Notes under the pieces: generated by a model | The model's input: only the letters and a program-made list of their open reading frames with translations | Told to the model about the DNA's origin: nothing | Databases searched by the model: none | Shown here: in pieces, positions 19,542 through 30,175 of the stretch | Layout of the letters: each line of letters opens with the position of its first letter | Position numbering within the stretch: position 1 is the stretch's first letter | From: Candidatus Poribacteria bacterium | Lineage (GTDB): Bacteria; Poribacteria; WGA-4E; WGA-3G | NCBI GenBank assembly: GCA_965205025.1 | Contig: CBDBFU010000031.1 | Location: forward strand, 49,045-113,044 | Direction of reading: 5' to 3' | Length of the DNA: 64,000 bases | Made by a program: the position numbers and the translations under genes

Positions 19542-22500
19542 TCACCTTAAGACTGACACAGTTCCTACCTTTCGTCCATGATTATATTCTATTACATAAA
19601 GATATACTCCATTACTAATATCATCTAACATCCATACTTTTTGACATCTATTGCCTTCTATATTACTTTCTTGAAAATGTAAGGTTTCAATTAGATTTCC
19701 AGATACATTAAAAATGTTAATCTTTGCACCAGAAGGTAATTTATCAAATGTAATTTGATTTCCATCTGCAGGATTTGGGTATGCTATCATACCAATGTCG
19801 GTGAATGAACCTACTTCTACAGGAAAGAATCTTGAAGATTCTATAATTCCCATTCCATTCTTATCAGTTAGTTCAATAGTTTCAATCTTATAACTATTGC
19901 TTTCATCAATTTCCCCACTTAAAAAAGTCAATACAACCCGTGAATGGGATTGATCAAGTATTGCTGATATTGGTACATTCTTTAAAGTTAAATTTGGATG
20001 GATGTTTGTATCAAGAGAAGAATCAGTAACCAGATGCAATTTGTATCTTGCTGGATTAGCAGCTGTAATATCCATAGGTCTATTAAATTTGATTATAAGT
20101 TGGTTGGGTGGAGAATATATAGCTGAAACTACTTCCACAGGGGAATTGGCTATACATTCAATCATATCAGATAGCATGGACTGTTTTCCTGTACCACTCA
20201 CAGATTTTATCGCATACCAATAGGATTGACCTGTCTTGAGTTTAGTATCTGTATAACTCATTTCCTTCACATTCATACGAATGGATTTTAGATTATCTTT
20301 TGTATCACCTCTATATATAATGTGATATTTCGTATTTTCTGATGAATGCCAATCCAATCTGATCGTGTTTTCATCCACAGGTCTGGCAATTATATTCCAG
20401 GGGGAGGCTATAAATTCCTTTTTGCCTAAAGTATCTATACTATGGTAACTATTCATCATATCATCAGAATTAAAAATAAGCTCATTCAAGGAATCATTAT
20501 CCAAATCCGCTACAATAGGATTAAATGTTTGAGTTGCTGGATGGTGCCAAATTGGATGATAGGTCGATCCATTATACCTAATTAGATAAAAGTTTGGAGA
20601 AACTGCAATACTTAATTCATTTAATCCATCATTATTGACATCTGCTATGGTGATACCACTATCAGTATCACGTAATTCACGAATCTGTTGTTTCCAAACT
20701 ATATCGAAACTATCATTTCCATTAGAAGAATATATTGAAATAATCCAGTGTTGTCTCGGTAGATCAAATTGTGTTGTCCATACCTTTGAACCAATAACAA
20801 ACTCTGGTATACTATCACCATCTAAATCACCAGATGCGAATAGTTGTGGAATACCTTCATTGATTTTACCATTCCATGATAGATCATATTGGTCATTACT
20901 TTCGTTTTCATAAATATATATATCCCCATCAACATCCCCAGCAACTATTTCAATTCTACCGTCCCCATCATGGTCACCAGATGAAAACCTTGTAGCAATT
21001 GTATTGACTCCAGCTGTTGGATTATCAAGTCTGGTAACCAATCTATAATTACTATTTTTGTTATTCTCGTAAACCCAGATACTATTAGAGGCATCATGAC
21101 GAGAATAAATTTCTGGTATACCATCCATGTCCGCATCTACTATAATTCCACCCCATATTCCTTGTAAATGCCAGATCTTCTTGTTGGGAAATTCACCCAT
21201 CTTAGATTGTTCGAGTAAAAATGTTGTATCCGAATCATTACATAGTATTTCAATCAAACCGTCATTATCAGTATCTGCAGTGGTCCAAATCCGTGATACA
21301 ATGTGTTGAAGAGAAGCAGTCATTATGAAATTATCATTCCCCTTTTCGTATATTAATGGGATAGATTGATTGTTAGTACCAGTTTTTACTCCAATTATCT
21401 CTAATTTTCCGTTACCATCTAAATCCTTTGGAGAAACAATTGCGTGCATCCCAATATCTGCTGATGCAGACTGCAGTAGATTAAATGGTTCAATTTGTTG
21501 ATTTGTAATTGTAAGAGGGAAGAGCCGTCCTGCATTATCATAAATACGTGATTTCCCATTTCGGTTCTCTGCCTTTAGTCTATAAAAATAATCACCAGAT
21601 GGTAAACCTATCGTAGATAAATTCGCAATATGCTGTAAATTGACAGAATCTGAAACGACTATTCGAAGAGAGGAATTCTCAATTTGGTCAGAGTTGATTC
21701 CTGTATTATATAATTCTAATATACCCGTTGATAAGACATCTGTTTTCCAAATTACAATCGAATCCAAGTTATTATCATTTAACCAGATCCCAGCTTCATG
21801 CCGTGAAATCACAGGTGAGGAATGTCGTATTTCAATTACTCTCTTATCTCTAATCGTTCTATCAACACCTTTCACACTTAGTCTAAGAGTATAAATTCCT
21901 TCATCCAATAATGAAGTTTCCCATTTTTGAAGTAATGAACTATATATTTGCTTTGTCTGAGGAAACTCAATTGGATACCATAGATCAGGTATTTCAGAAA
22001 CCCCATATTCTAACCAGTAGTGAATAAACCCTTTACCTATAGCTGTACCATTAATACTAATTACTCCTTTTTCATCAGGCTTCGAAGTGAAAGATATTTG
22101 TGCATTCAGATGTAATTGATCTGTTAATGATCTATAGGCATTTACTACTCCCGCACCAACTAAATTTGTGATAGATAGTTCTTGGGCAGAGAATTTAAGC
22201 CATTGTCGAATATGTAAATTGTCACATGAAGGATTAGCTGATATAAGGAGCGCAGCTACACCGGATACATGAGCAGTAGCCATTGATGTACCAGAACGGA
22301 TACGATAACCTTCTTTGTTAGAGGTATTATTAGGAAGATTAAAATCTGTACTAATTATATCTTCCCCAGGTGCAGCAATATCTACTGAAGAACCAAAATT
22401 TGAGTTGCCTAATTGTAAATTCTTATCTAATGAAGCTACAGAAATCACCTCATCTAATGCAGCAGGATAATATACCCCGGGTTCAGGTGAATTTCCTGCA

Positions 22501-23501
22501 GCCGCCACGAGAACACAACCACGATGAAATGCATACTCAACTGCTGCTTGAATTAGAAAAGCATTAACTGTGTCACCTAAACTAAGATTTATTACATTCG
22601 CCCCATTATCCGCTGCATAGACAATGGCTGCTGCAACATCGTCATTCTGAAGGAATGAACCTAAACCACTCCGAAATCCTGCTCTTAATGTCATAATTTT
22701 ACATTTACTTGCAATTCCTGCTATACCTATCCCGTTATCTGTTTCTGCGGCAATTATTCCAGATACATGGGTACCGTGTCCTGTTTCATCATCTGGAGAA
22801 TTATCACGTAGTACCCAATCTCCTTGACCAGGTAGAGTTGGAGCATCACTGAAATCCCAACCATATAGATCATCAACATAACCATTATTGTCATCATCAA
22901 TCCCATTATTTGGTATTTCATCTGAATTATTCCATAATTGATTTTGTAAATCAGGATGATCATTAATTACTCCACTATCAACAACACCAACGATTACAGA
23001 CGGTTTTCCTTGTTCAATTCTCCATGCTTTAGGTATATTAATTACTCTAAGATTCCACTGTTCAGAATAGTTTGGGTCAGAAACATCAGTATCAGAACAG
23101 AATTTCTTAAGATAATTCATTTCTACAGATTCAACAAGTACATTGTCAACACAAGATTTTAGTTTCCGTTCAATATTAACGTCCTTTGAAAACCTAAGAA
23201 GATAGATATCTTTTAATAATGGATGGCGTCCACCAGGAGTTTCTGATGAGAATACTGATGAAATCATATCAACATGCATTCTTTCGCAAAATGATTTTAT
23301 TTCTGAAAAAGGAATATTTGGCTTAAAACGAATGATCAATTCATGAGGTGAAAAAGGATAATTATTATTAAATCCATTATAATTGGAAGTTGTCTTGATT
23401 GATGATTGCTCTGATATGACTGGATGTATACATAAAATAATTAGAATAAGAAGGAGAGTTATTTTTAATAAAGTACGCATTGGATATAATAAAGTACGCA
23501 T
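19542..23501 (-). CDS. Secreted S8 (subtilisin) serine peptidase with FG-GAP repeats, FN3/Ig-like domains and T9SS-like C-terminal domain
   Basis: Catalytic triad VVDSGV / HGTHVSG / GTSMAT; repeats DLDGNGKLEI, DADMDGIPEI, GDLDGDSIPEF; C-terminal YPNP...IFNVSGNLI...SNGVYLY. Confidence 0.9.
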   Translation of the reverse strand: MRTLLYPMRTLLKITLLLILIILCIHPVISEQSSIKTTSNYNGFNNNYPFSPHELIIRFKPNIPFSEIKSFCERMHVDMISSVFSSETPGGRHPLLKDIYLLRFSKDVNIERKLKSCVDNVLVESVEMNYLKKFCSDTDVSDPNYSEQWNLRVINIPKAWRIEQGKPSVIVGVVDSGVINDHPDLQNQLWNNSDEIPNNGIDDDNNGYVDDLYGWDFSDAPTLPGQGDWVLRDNSPDDETGHGTHVSGIIAAETDNGIGIAGIASKCKIMTLRAGFRSGLGSFLQNDDVAAAIVYAADNGANVINLSLGDTVNAFLIQAAVEYAFHRGCVLVAAAGNSPEPGVYYPAALDEVISVASLDKNLQLGNSNFGSSVDIAAPGEDIISTDFNLPNNTSNKEGYRIRSGTSMATAHVSGVAALLISANPSCDNLHIRQWLKFSAQELSITNLVGAGVVNAYRSLTDQLHLNAQISFTSKPDEKGVISINGTAIGKGFIHYWLEYGVSEIPDLWYPIEFPQTKQIYSSLLQKWETSLLDEGIYTLRLSVKGVDRTIRDKRVIEIRHSSPVISRHEAGIWLNDNNLDSIVIWKTDVLSTGILELYNTGINSDQIENSSLRIVVSDSVNLQHIANLSTIGLPSGDYFYRLKAENRNGKSRIYDNAGRLFPLTITNQQIEPFNLLQSASADIGMHAIVSPKDLDGNGKLEIIGVKTGTNNQSIPLIYEKGNDNFIMTASLQHIVSRIWTTADTDNDGLIEILCNDSDTTFLLEQSKMGEFPNKKIWHLQGIWGGIIVDADMDGIPEIYSRHDASNSIWVYENNKNSNYRLVTRLDNPTAGVNTIATRFSSGDHDGDGRIEIVAGDVDGDIYIYENESNDQYDLSWNGKINEGIPQLFASGDLDGDSIPEFVIGSKVWTTQFDLPRQHWIISIYSSNGNDSFDIVWKQQIRELRDTDSGITIADVNNDGLNELSIAVSPNFYLIRYNGSTYHPIWHHPATQTFNPIVADLDNDSLNELIFNSDDMMNSYHSIDTLGKKEFIASPWNIIARPVDENTIRLDWHSSENTKYHIIYRGDTKDNLKSIRMNVKEMSYTDTKLKTGQSYWYAIKSVSGTGKQSMLSDMIECIANSPVEVVSAIYSPPNQLIIKFNRPMDITAANPARYKLHLVTDSSLDTNIHPNLTLKNVPISAILDQSHSRVVLTFLSGEIDESNSYKIETIELTDKNGMGIIESSRFFPVEVGSFTDIGMIAYPNPADGNQITFDKLPSGAKINIFNVSGNLIETLHFQESNIEGNRCQKVWMLDDISNGVYLYVIEYNHGRKVGTVSVLR

Positions 23502-23516
23502 TGGATATAATAAAGT
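23466..23516. repeat. 21-bp tandem repeat (2.4 copies) spanning the S8 peptidase start
   Basis: TAATAAAGTACGCATTGGATA x2 plus TAATAAAGT; gives MRTLLYP-MRTLL. Confidence 0.9.
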
Positions 23517-23785
23517 CTGAATTTCTAAATATGTTGAAGTGACTTATGAATTTCTTCAGAATTTTTCATATATCTTTATATTATCCTTATTTTCATTAGG
23601 ATTGTAATTTCGGTATTAATTTGTTATAGTTTATCAGTTAGAATTTCTTTAGATAAGTTATTTATAATTAGTTCTGTATAGTTTTATTTCTTATTGGAGA
23701 AAACACTAAATGTATATAATGCATTATATCAGTTGTATAGAATTAATATACTATACAATCAGTATAAAATAAGTTAGGAGTAAAA

Positions 23786-25423
23786 ATGAAGGCTTCAGAA
23801 CTGATGGTAAAATGTTTAGAAAATGAAGATGTCCAATACATCTTCGGTATACCTGGGGAAGAGAATCTGGATCTCATGGATGCGTTACTTGAATCAAAGA
23901 TTGAATTCATACAGACTCGGGACGAACGTGGAGCTGCATTCATGGCAGATGTATATGGACGTTTAACTGGATTGGCAGGTGTATGTCTTGCTACACTTGG
24001 TCCTGGTGCTATGAATCTTGTTACTGGTGTGGCAGATGCAAACATGGATAGAGCACCTCTTGTTGCAATCACAGGACAGGCAAGTTTAGATAGAATGCAT
24101 AAGGAATCACACCAATATATGGATGTAGTTTCTGTTTTTAAGCCAATGACGAAATGGAATACACTCATCCATTTACCTGATATCATACCAGAATCAATTA
24201 GTAAGGCATTTAAGACTGCAATTAGTGAAAAACCCGGAGCAACACATATTGACTTTCCTGAAGATGTTGCAAGTATGCAAATTGATTCTGAACCTATGCG
24301 ACATGACTTTCCGAGTGAAGCTGAACCCGTAGAAGCATGTCTAAAACGTGCTGCACAACTCATAAATGAAGCTAAACAACCCATCATTCTTGCTGGAAAT
24401 GGTGTTGTACGTCAAGATGCTTCACGTATTTTAACACAATTTGCTGAACTGACAAACATTCCTGTAGCACACACCTTTATGGGTAAAGGATGTATACCAT
24501 GGACTCATAGACTTTCTTTGTTGAGTGTGGGACTACAAGCACATGATTATGTTTCTTGTGGCTTCGATAGAGCTGATCTTGTCATTGCAATTGGATATGA
24601 TATTGTAGAATACCATCCACGCCTTTGGAACCCTAATCACGATAAAAAATTAATACACATTGATACTCAACCAAGTGAAAGTGATTCTTCCTATGTCACT
24701 GATGTGGAAATGGTTGGTAATATAAAACAAAGTCTTAGACATCTGATGAGAGAAGAGATTTTTCCAAAAGATTCTGAATATGCATCAAACACTTTAAGAA
24801 AGATAATCCTTGATCAATTATCTGAATACAGAGATGATAAGGAATTTCCTATAAAACCACAAAAAATCCTAAGTGATATACGTTCTGTACTTGCTGAAGA
24901 TGATATTCTGATTTCCGATGTTGGTGCACATAAAATGTGGATAGCAAGGATGTATCCTTGTTATCAACCCAATACATGTATTATTTCAAATGGATTTGCA
25001 TCTATGGGAATTGCTGTTCCTGGTGCCTTTGTTGCCAAACTTATTTATCCAGAACGAAAATGTTTGGCAGTCTGTGGTGATGGTGGGTTTTTAATGAATT
25101 CTCAAGAAATTGAAACTGCAACACGGGTTGGTGTTCCATTTGTTACACTCATTTTCAACGATGAAGCTTATGGACTTATCGAATGGAAACAGATGAATGG
25201 TTTCGGCAGACCCGCACATATTGACTTCACAAACCCAGATTTTGTTAAGTATGCTGAAGCATTTGGAGCGAAAGGTTATCGCGTAGAAGGAAGCGATGAA
25301 TTGATACCAATTTTAAATGATGCATTTCAACAGAATGTCCCCTCTGTCATAGATTGTCCTGTTAATTATGCTGAGAATCTGAGATTAACGGATGAATTAG
25401 GACAGTTAACTTGTCCAATTTAA
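23786..25423 (+). CDS. Acetolactate synthase large subunit-like TPP enzyme
   Basis: FGIPGEEN, ATLGPGA, TPP motif GDGGFLMN...N; AGGAG RBS. Confidence 0.9.
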   Translation: MKASELMVKCLENEDVQYIFGIPGEENLDLMDALLESKIEFIQTRDERGAAFMADVYGRLTGLAGVCLATLGPGAMNLVTGVADANMDRAPLVAITGQASLDRMHKESHQYMDVVSVFKPMTKWNTLIHLPDIIPESISKAFKTAISEKPGATHIDFPEDVASMQIDSEPMRHDFPSEAEPVEACLKRAAQLINEAKQPIILAGNGVVRQDASRILTQFAELTNIPVAHTFMGKGCIPWTHRLSLLSVGLQAHDYVSCGFDRADLVIAIGYDIVEYHPRLWNPNHDKKLIHIDTQPSESDSSYVTDVEMVGNIKQSLRHLMREEIFPKDSEYASNTLRKIILDQLSEYRDDKEFPIKPQKILSDIRSVLAEDDILISDVGAHKMWIARMYPCYQPNTCIISNGFASMGIAVPGAFVAKLIYPERKCLAVCGDGGFLMNSQEIETATRVGVPFVTLIFNDEAYGLIEWKQMNGFGRPAHIDFTNPDFVKYAEAFGAKGYRVEGSDELIPILNDAFQQNVPSVIDCPVNYAENLRLTDELGQLTCPI

Positions 25424-25520
25424 ATTGAATATCTTATGTGATATCAACCAGATTTGAAACAATAGAGTGGAATCTCAATACAAAGCATTATATAAAATTT
25501 TAAGAAGGTGATTTACTACT

Positions 25521-26561
25521 ATGGCTTTTTCAACAATTGAGTGGGATAATGGTAGGATTAAATTAATTGATCAAACATTATTACCAAATGAGTTTAAATA
25601 TATTTATTGTGATGATCTACAATCAATATGGGAAGCAATTAAATCCTTACGTGTTAGAGGTGCACCGGCAATAGGAATTGCAGGGGCACTCGGGGCAGTA
25701 CTCGGTATATGGCATTCATCTGCCGACAATTATGATGCTTTTTCAAGTGAATTAAAAGACGCTACCGACTACCTTGCAACCTCAAGACCAACTGCTGTGA
25801 ATTTATTCTGGGCACTTGATCGAATTACACATACTGCAGAAAAAAATAGTAAGTTGTCTATATCAGAAATAAAAAATATACTCCTGGCTGAAGCACAAGC
25901 TATTATAGAAGAGGATAAAGTTATGTGTCGTGCAATTGGTAGACATGGTATGGCTTTACTCAATGAAAATGATACAATTCTAACACATTGTAATGCAGGG
26001 GGTTTAGCAACATCTGACTATGGAACCGCATTAGCAGTGATGTTTAGTGCACATGAAGCTGGTAAAAAAATCAGTGTTTTTGCTGATGAGACCCGACCGT
26101 TATTACAGGGGGCACGACTAACTACATGGGAATTAATGCAAGCAGGTATTGACGTTACACTTATATGTGATAATATGGCTGCACAAGTAATGAAAGAAGG
26201 AAAAATACAGAATGTAATTGTTGGTGCAGACAGAATAGCAGCAAATGGGGATACAGCTAATAAGATCGGGACATACAATGTTGCGATCCTTGCAGATGCA
26301 CATGACATCCCATTTTATGTTGCAGCACCAACTTCAACTCTTGATTTTAATCTTAAAACAGGTGAAGAAATTCCAATTGAACAACGTTCATCTGATGAAA
26401 TTACAGAAGGTTTTGGAAAGGTAACAGCACCAGAGGGAGTTAGAGTCTATAGTCCTGCTTTTGATGTTACACCTGCTTCTTTAGTCACGGCAATTATCAC
26501 AGAGAAAGGTGTGGCAGAACCACCTTTTACTGAGAGTCTAAAGTCAATGTGTGTAATCTAA
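25521..26561 (+). CDS. mtnA: S-methyl-5-thioribose-1-phosphate isomerase
   Basis: VRGAPAIG, SRPTAVNL, THCNAGGLAT, ETRPLLQGARLT, GDTANKIGT. Confidence 0.95.
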   Translation: MAFSTIEWDNGRIKLIDQTLLPNEFKYIYCDDLQSIWEAIKSLRVRGAPAIGIAGALGAVLGIWHSSADNYDAFSSELKDATDYLATSRPTAVNLFWALDRITHTAEKNSKLSISEIKNILLAEAQAIIEEDKVMCRAIGRHGMALLNENDTILTHCNAGGLATSDYGTALAVMFSAHEAGKKISVFADETRPLLQGARLTTWELMQAGIDVTLICDNMAAQVMKEGKIQNVIVGADRIAANGDTANKIGTYNVAILADAHDIPFYVAAPTSTLDFNLKTGEEIPIEQRSSDEITEGFGKVTAPEGVRVYSPAFDVTPASLVTAIITEKGVAEPPFTESLKSMCVI

Positions 26562-26576
26562 TATGACTGTTCTTAT

Positions 26577-27866
26577 TTATGCTGCTTTTACTATATTATT
26601 CCGTGTGCCCTCAATATCGAAGCATTCATATTGATTCTTATTCATAATACGATCGGCAAATGCCATTGCTTGTTTCTCTGTCATATATCCATCATCAATT
26701 TCCGCTTCAAGAGCCCGGCGAATTTCATTTCTTGCCTGAATAGCATATGCCATAGCACTTGTAGGCCAACCTGTGTCACCACCGAACCCGAATAACTTAT
26801 TTGATGGTACAGCATGTATACACCTACGAAGGAAATCACGGGAACTATAAGGATCAATACTCCATGCCCAACAAAAATCAACCCATATATTACGATAATG
26901 TTTCGCTAAAGCAACCAACTCATCATTATATGGGTATGAGATATGCATTAGTACAAATTTTGCATCTAAGTAACGCGAAAACAATGCACACATATTTCCT
27001 GCTGGAATACGACTAACAGGCATACGATCATTCCCAGCATAATAACCTGTATGGATTTTAAATGGAAGGTTATGTTCAATTGTTAATTCTACACCACGTG
27101 CCCAACACCAGTCCCCAAGACATAAACGTGTTTCTACATCAATTTCTTCATTCGATTTTGTCAACACATTTTGTAATGCTGCCGACGCTTCTTCATCTGA
27201 CCGTTCTACCCAGTTCAGTGTGCGATTATAGGCATGTTGGGATTTGACAGCAATAGCATTTGGACCGTGCTTAGCAAAAAGTGCATCCATACTTGATTTA
27301 AGTGTAGAGAGACTATTGACTTCAATACCTACTTCTTCATAAATACTTTTCGTATCTATTTGTCCATTACAGAATGTCGCCCAAGACAAATCATATAGGA
27401 AGAAATCTGGGCCAGAAGTATCAGGATCACAATTCCAGCTAAAATCATCTGTTTGAATATGATCAAGATTTGCAATGTCATGTAAAATTTCAAAACGTTT
27501 CCCAGGAATTTGAATTTTCTTTACTTTCTCCTGGGCAACAGCAAGGTTTTTACCTGTAAGTTCATCAAGACCATATATTTTTTTTGCTATGAGACTCACT
27601 GCTTCACCATAACCTGTAAATTGGGTTGATTCCCATGCATCTCTTATCCCTTCAAACCTCGATTCTATGTCTTTAGATGCATCCATTAGGTTACCCATTG
27701 CTTCAGGTGAGGCACCAGCGGTATTTAGATCGGCGGGTACATAATTACCGAATAAATCTTGAAGTATGTCAGGACCGTTTTCTACCCAATCATTTTCACG
27801 ACGCATATGTTCATGTGTATCAACTAAGGATATAGATTGAATATGGCAAGTTAAATCAGTAGGCAT
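26577..27866 (-). CDS. Amidohydrolase family protein
   Basis: DTHEH metal motif, KIHTG, FVLMH, FGGD. Confidence 0.8.
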   Translation of the reverse strand: MPTDLTCHIQSISLVDTHEHMRRENDWVENGPDILQDLFGNYVPADLNTAGASPEAMGNLMDASKDIESRFEGIRDAWESTQFTGYGEAVSLIAKKIYGLDELTGKNLAVAQEKVKKIQIPGKRFEILHDIANLDHIQTDDFSWNCDPDTSGPDFFLYDLSWATFCNGQIDTKSIYEEVGIEVNSLSTLKSSMDALFAKHGPNAIAVKSQHAYNRTLNWVERSDEEASAALQNVLTKSNEEIDVETRLCLGDWCWARGVELTIEHNLPFKIHTGYYAGNDRMPVSRIPAGNMCALFSRYLDAKFVLMHISYPYNDELVALAKHYRNIWVDFCWAWSIDPYSSRDFLRRCIHAVPSNKLFGFGGDTGWPTSAMAYAIQARNEIRRALEAEIDDGYMTEKQAMAFADRIMNKNQYECFDIEGTRNNIVKAA

Positions 27867-27996
27867 TTGTAGACTCCTTATTTTCCTGTTATTAGGATAT
27901 CAATTCAGGGATGATAAATTAACAAAAAAAGACAACTCATCAAAATTTAAAATTTGTTAAGATTAAGATTAATTTGATTGAAATAGAAATTCAACC

Positions 27997-28026
27997 TTGA
28001 CAAACGTACTTAGAATAATGTACTAT
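27997..28026 (+). promoter_or_regulatory. Sigma70-type promoter for the CSD-Hfq gene, implying a ~190-nt 5' UTR
   Basis: TTGACA-18-TACTAT. Confidence 0.5.
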
Positions 28027-28227
28027 AATAAGAATTATAATAATAACTTTATTTCCATATATTCATTGAATATGTGTATAGGTGTTTGTGTATAGGTATT
28101 TTTATATTATAGTTTACTTTTTATCTATTTGAAAGAAAATAAATGAATTACTTCCCCGTATTCCCTCCACCAATATGCTATAACTTTAGACATCTTCCCA
28201 TTTTCAAGAAAAACGCAGGAGCATAAA

Positions 28228-29151
28228 ATGCCTACAGGACGGATTAAGTACTACAATCCGGATAAAGGATTTGGATTTATAGCTCAAGATAGTAGTGATG
28301 AGGATGTATTTTTACATAGTTCTGCCATAAAACATGCAGAATATGAAGAACTTCGTGTAGGACAACGTGTAAAGTACAACATCGTTGAAGGTGATAAAGG
28401 TTTGGTTGCAAAAAATGTCGAAGTTTTACTGACACCAACAGAACGTAGATGGTTACGACAGGGAAAGACAATTATCCCGCGCGGTTACTCTGGCTTTCCT
28501 TCTCAGAATCAAGATCAATATTTTGATAGTGATACAGAATACTCTAAAGATATTGATAATAACAATGTTAAAAACTACACCTATACCGATTCAGATGATG
28601 ATCCAACAAAGAGAAAATCTCCTGAACGAACTGTACCTACCAGTATAGGGAAAGAACATACCTCCAGACAATTGAGTTTTGGTGATCTGTATATTCTCAA
28701 GCAAATTAACTTCGAAACTCCAATGTTTTTTTCGTTATTCGATCATTTACAATTACCTGCCATTGTATTACAGATGACCCTTTCTGGTTTGACTGTAAAT
28801 TCAAATGGAAAGGAGATGGTAATACCAAAGAAAGACATAAAATATTGTTATAAGGATGTAGATGCTGAAAATGTCCATGCATTATTAATCTATAATGAAG
28901 ATATTAAATCACAACAACTAAAACCCATAGAATCACAAAAGGATAGTTATATTATTGATTCAGAAATGATCCGTCGTGCAAGGAAAGATGGAACTTCAAT
29001 CAAAGTCATACTAAGAGAAGGTGAGATTTTTCAAGGTACAGTTGACTGGATCAGTCCCTATGAGATAAAAATGGTATTGAAAAACGGTTCGAAGGTAGTT
29101 GTGTTCCGTCATGCAATTAGTGCTTTTTCAGTTATAGATGGGGAGATGTAA
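28228..29151 (+). CDS. Cold-shock domain protein fused to two Hfq/Sm-like domains
   Basis: CSD with RNP1 KGFGFI and RNP2 VFLHSS; C-terminal IKVILREGEIFQGTVDWISPYEIKMVLKNGSKVVVFRHAIS aligns with Hfq Sm1/Sm2; a degenerate second copy precedes it. Confidence 0.8.
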   Translation: MPTGRIKYYNPDKGFGFIAQDSSDEDVFLHSSAIKHAEYEELRVGQRVKYNIVEGDKGLVAKNVEVLLTPTERRWLRQGKTIIPRGYSGFPSQNQDQYFDSDTEYSKDIDNNNVKNYTYTDSDDDPTKRKSPERTVPTSIGKEHTSRQLSFGDLYILKQINFETPMFFSLFDHLQLPAIVLQMTLSGLTVNSNGKEMVIPKKDIKYCYKDVDAENVHALLIYNEDIKSQQLKPIESQKDSYIIDSEMIRRARKDGTSIKVILREGEIFQGTVDWISPYEIKMVLKNGSKVVVFRHAISAFSVIDGEM

Positions 29152-29152
29152 A

Positions 29153-29746
29153 ATGTCTATTAAACCAAATCAAGTCATGTCAAAATATAAACAACTTGTA
29201 TCTGAAATAAACCAGGATGTAGACCGAATCCGTCAAGAGTATGGTAGGTATCCTTGTCCTACAAATTGTTTTCAATGTTGCAATAATACATCGACAATTC
29301 CAATAAGTGAAGTAGAGGCAAGAGACTTAAAAATTGGATTAGATGCCTTACCTAAACAGATAAGGAAACATATACATCAAAAAGCACAAAAGACTATTAA
29401 GGTTTTAGAAAGTAAAGGTTTTACTTCAGATTCGATGACGAAAGATTCTGGGATAGACGCAATCAATATAATTAAAGGAAAATCCTATGGACAATGTCCT
29501 ATGTTAATAGGTGGTGTTTGTTCGGTATATGAACATCGTCCAGTCATTTGTCGTGTATGGGGATATCCCATTGATAATGGTAATGAATTAGCTTGTTGTA
29601 GGAAGACTTTTATAGGACAACGCAGAGATTTCAATCCTGTGAAATACTCTCTTTATTGGCAGAAATGTAAGACTCTAAGTGAAGATTTGGGTGTATTCAA
29701 GAAAACACCATGTTGCTATTTAGTTACACAGCTGATAGAGGAATAG
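29153..29746 (+). CDS. YkgJ-family cysteine cluster protein (CxxxCxxCC...CP...CSVYEHRPVICR)
   Basis: CPTNCFQCC, CPML, CSVYEHRPVICRVWG; GGAG RBS, ATG 1 nt after the upstream stop. Confidence 0.85.
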   Translation: MSIKPNQVMSKYKQLVSEINQDVDRIRQEYGRYPCPTNCFQCCNNTSTIPISEVEARDLKIGLDALPKQIRKHIHQKAQKTIKVLESKGFTSDSMTKDSGIDAINIIKGKSYGQCPMLIGGVCSVYEHRPVICRVWGYPIDNGNELACCRKTFIGQRRDFNPVKYSLYWQKCKTLSEDLGVFKKTPCCYLVTQLIEE

Positions 29747-29811
29747 AAAATTAGATTGAATTCCATCACCATCCTATCTATTGTACTAAAAATGAAAAAT
29801 CTGTCATTCGT

Positions 29812-30117
29812 CTATGAATCTATTAATTTACGTAAGAAATCATAGGTATATATACCTGTTTTGTGTCCGTCGCTCCACTGAATTCGAATAGCGTATCTAC
29901 CAACCTTCTGTATATTCACAATTTGTAGATTTTCCCAATATTCCTCGGACGGTAATATCTGTAAAGGATTTTCTTCATTTCTAACTGCATCACACCTGGC
30001 ACAAGGACAATTTTGTCTTAATATTCGGTAGGTGCATTCTGATTCAATCCCATCTTTCCATTCAATATATAGACTATTCGATAGACGTTTGATTTCAACT
30101 GGTTGATATTCATTCAT
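29812..30117 (-). CDS. DUF971 / gamma-butyrobetaine hydroxylase N-terminal-like domain protein
   Basis: LYIEWKDG, LRQNCPCARC, VGRYAIRIQWSDGHKTGIYTYDFL. Confidence 0.9.
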   Translation of the reverse strand: MNEYQPVEIKRLSNSLYIEWKDGIESECTYRILRQNCPCARCDAVRNEENPLQILPSEEYWENLQIVNIQKVGRYAIRIQWSDGHKTGIYTYDFLRKLIDS

Positions 30118-30175
30118 ATTATTTCAATCATCATATATATATAGGATTTACTAATCATGCTGTGTTGATTCTAAA

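Noticed and set aside
23743-24387. 214-aa minus-strand ORF
   Set aside because: Antisense shadow of the conserved acetolactate synthase-like gene; no motifs of its own
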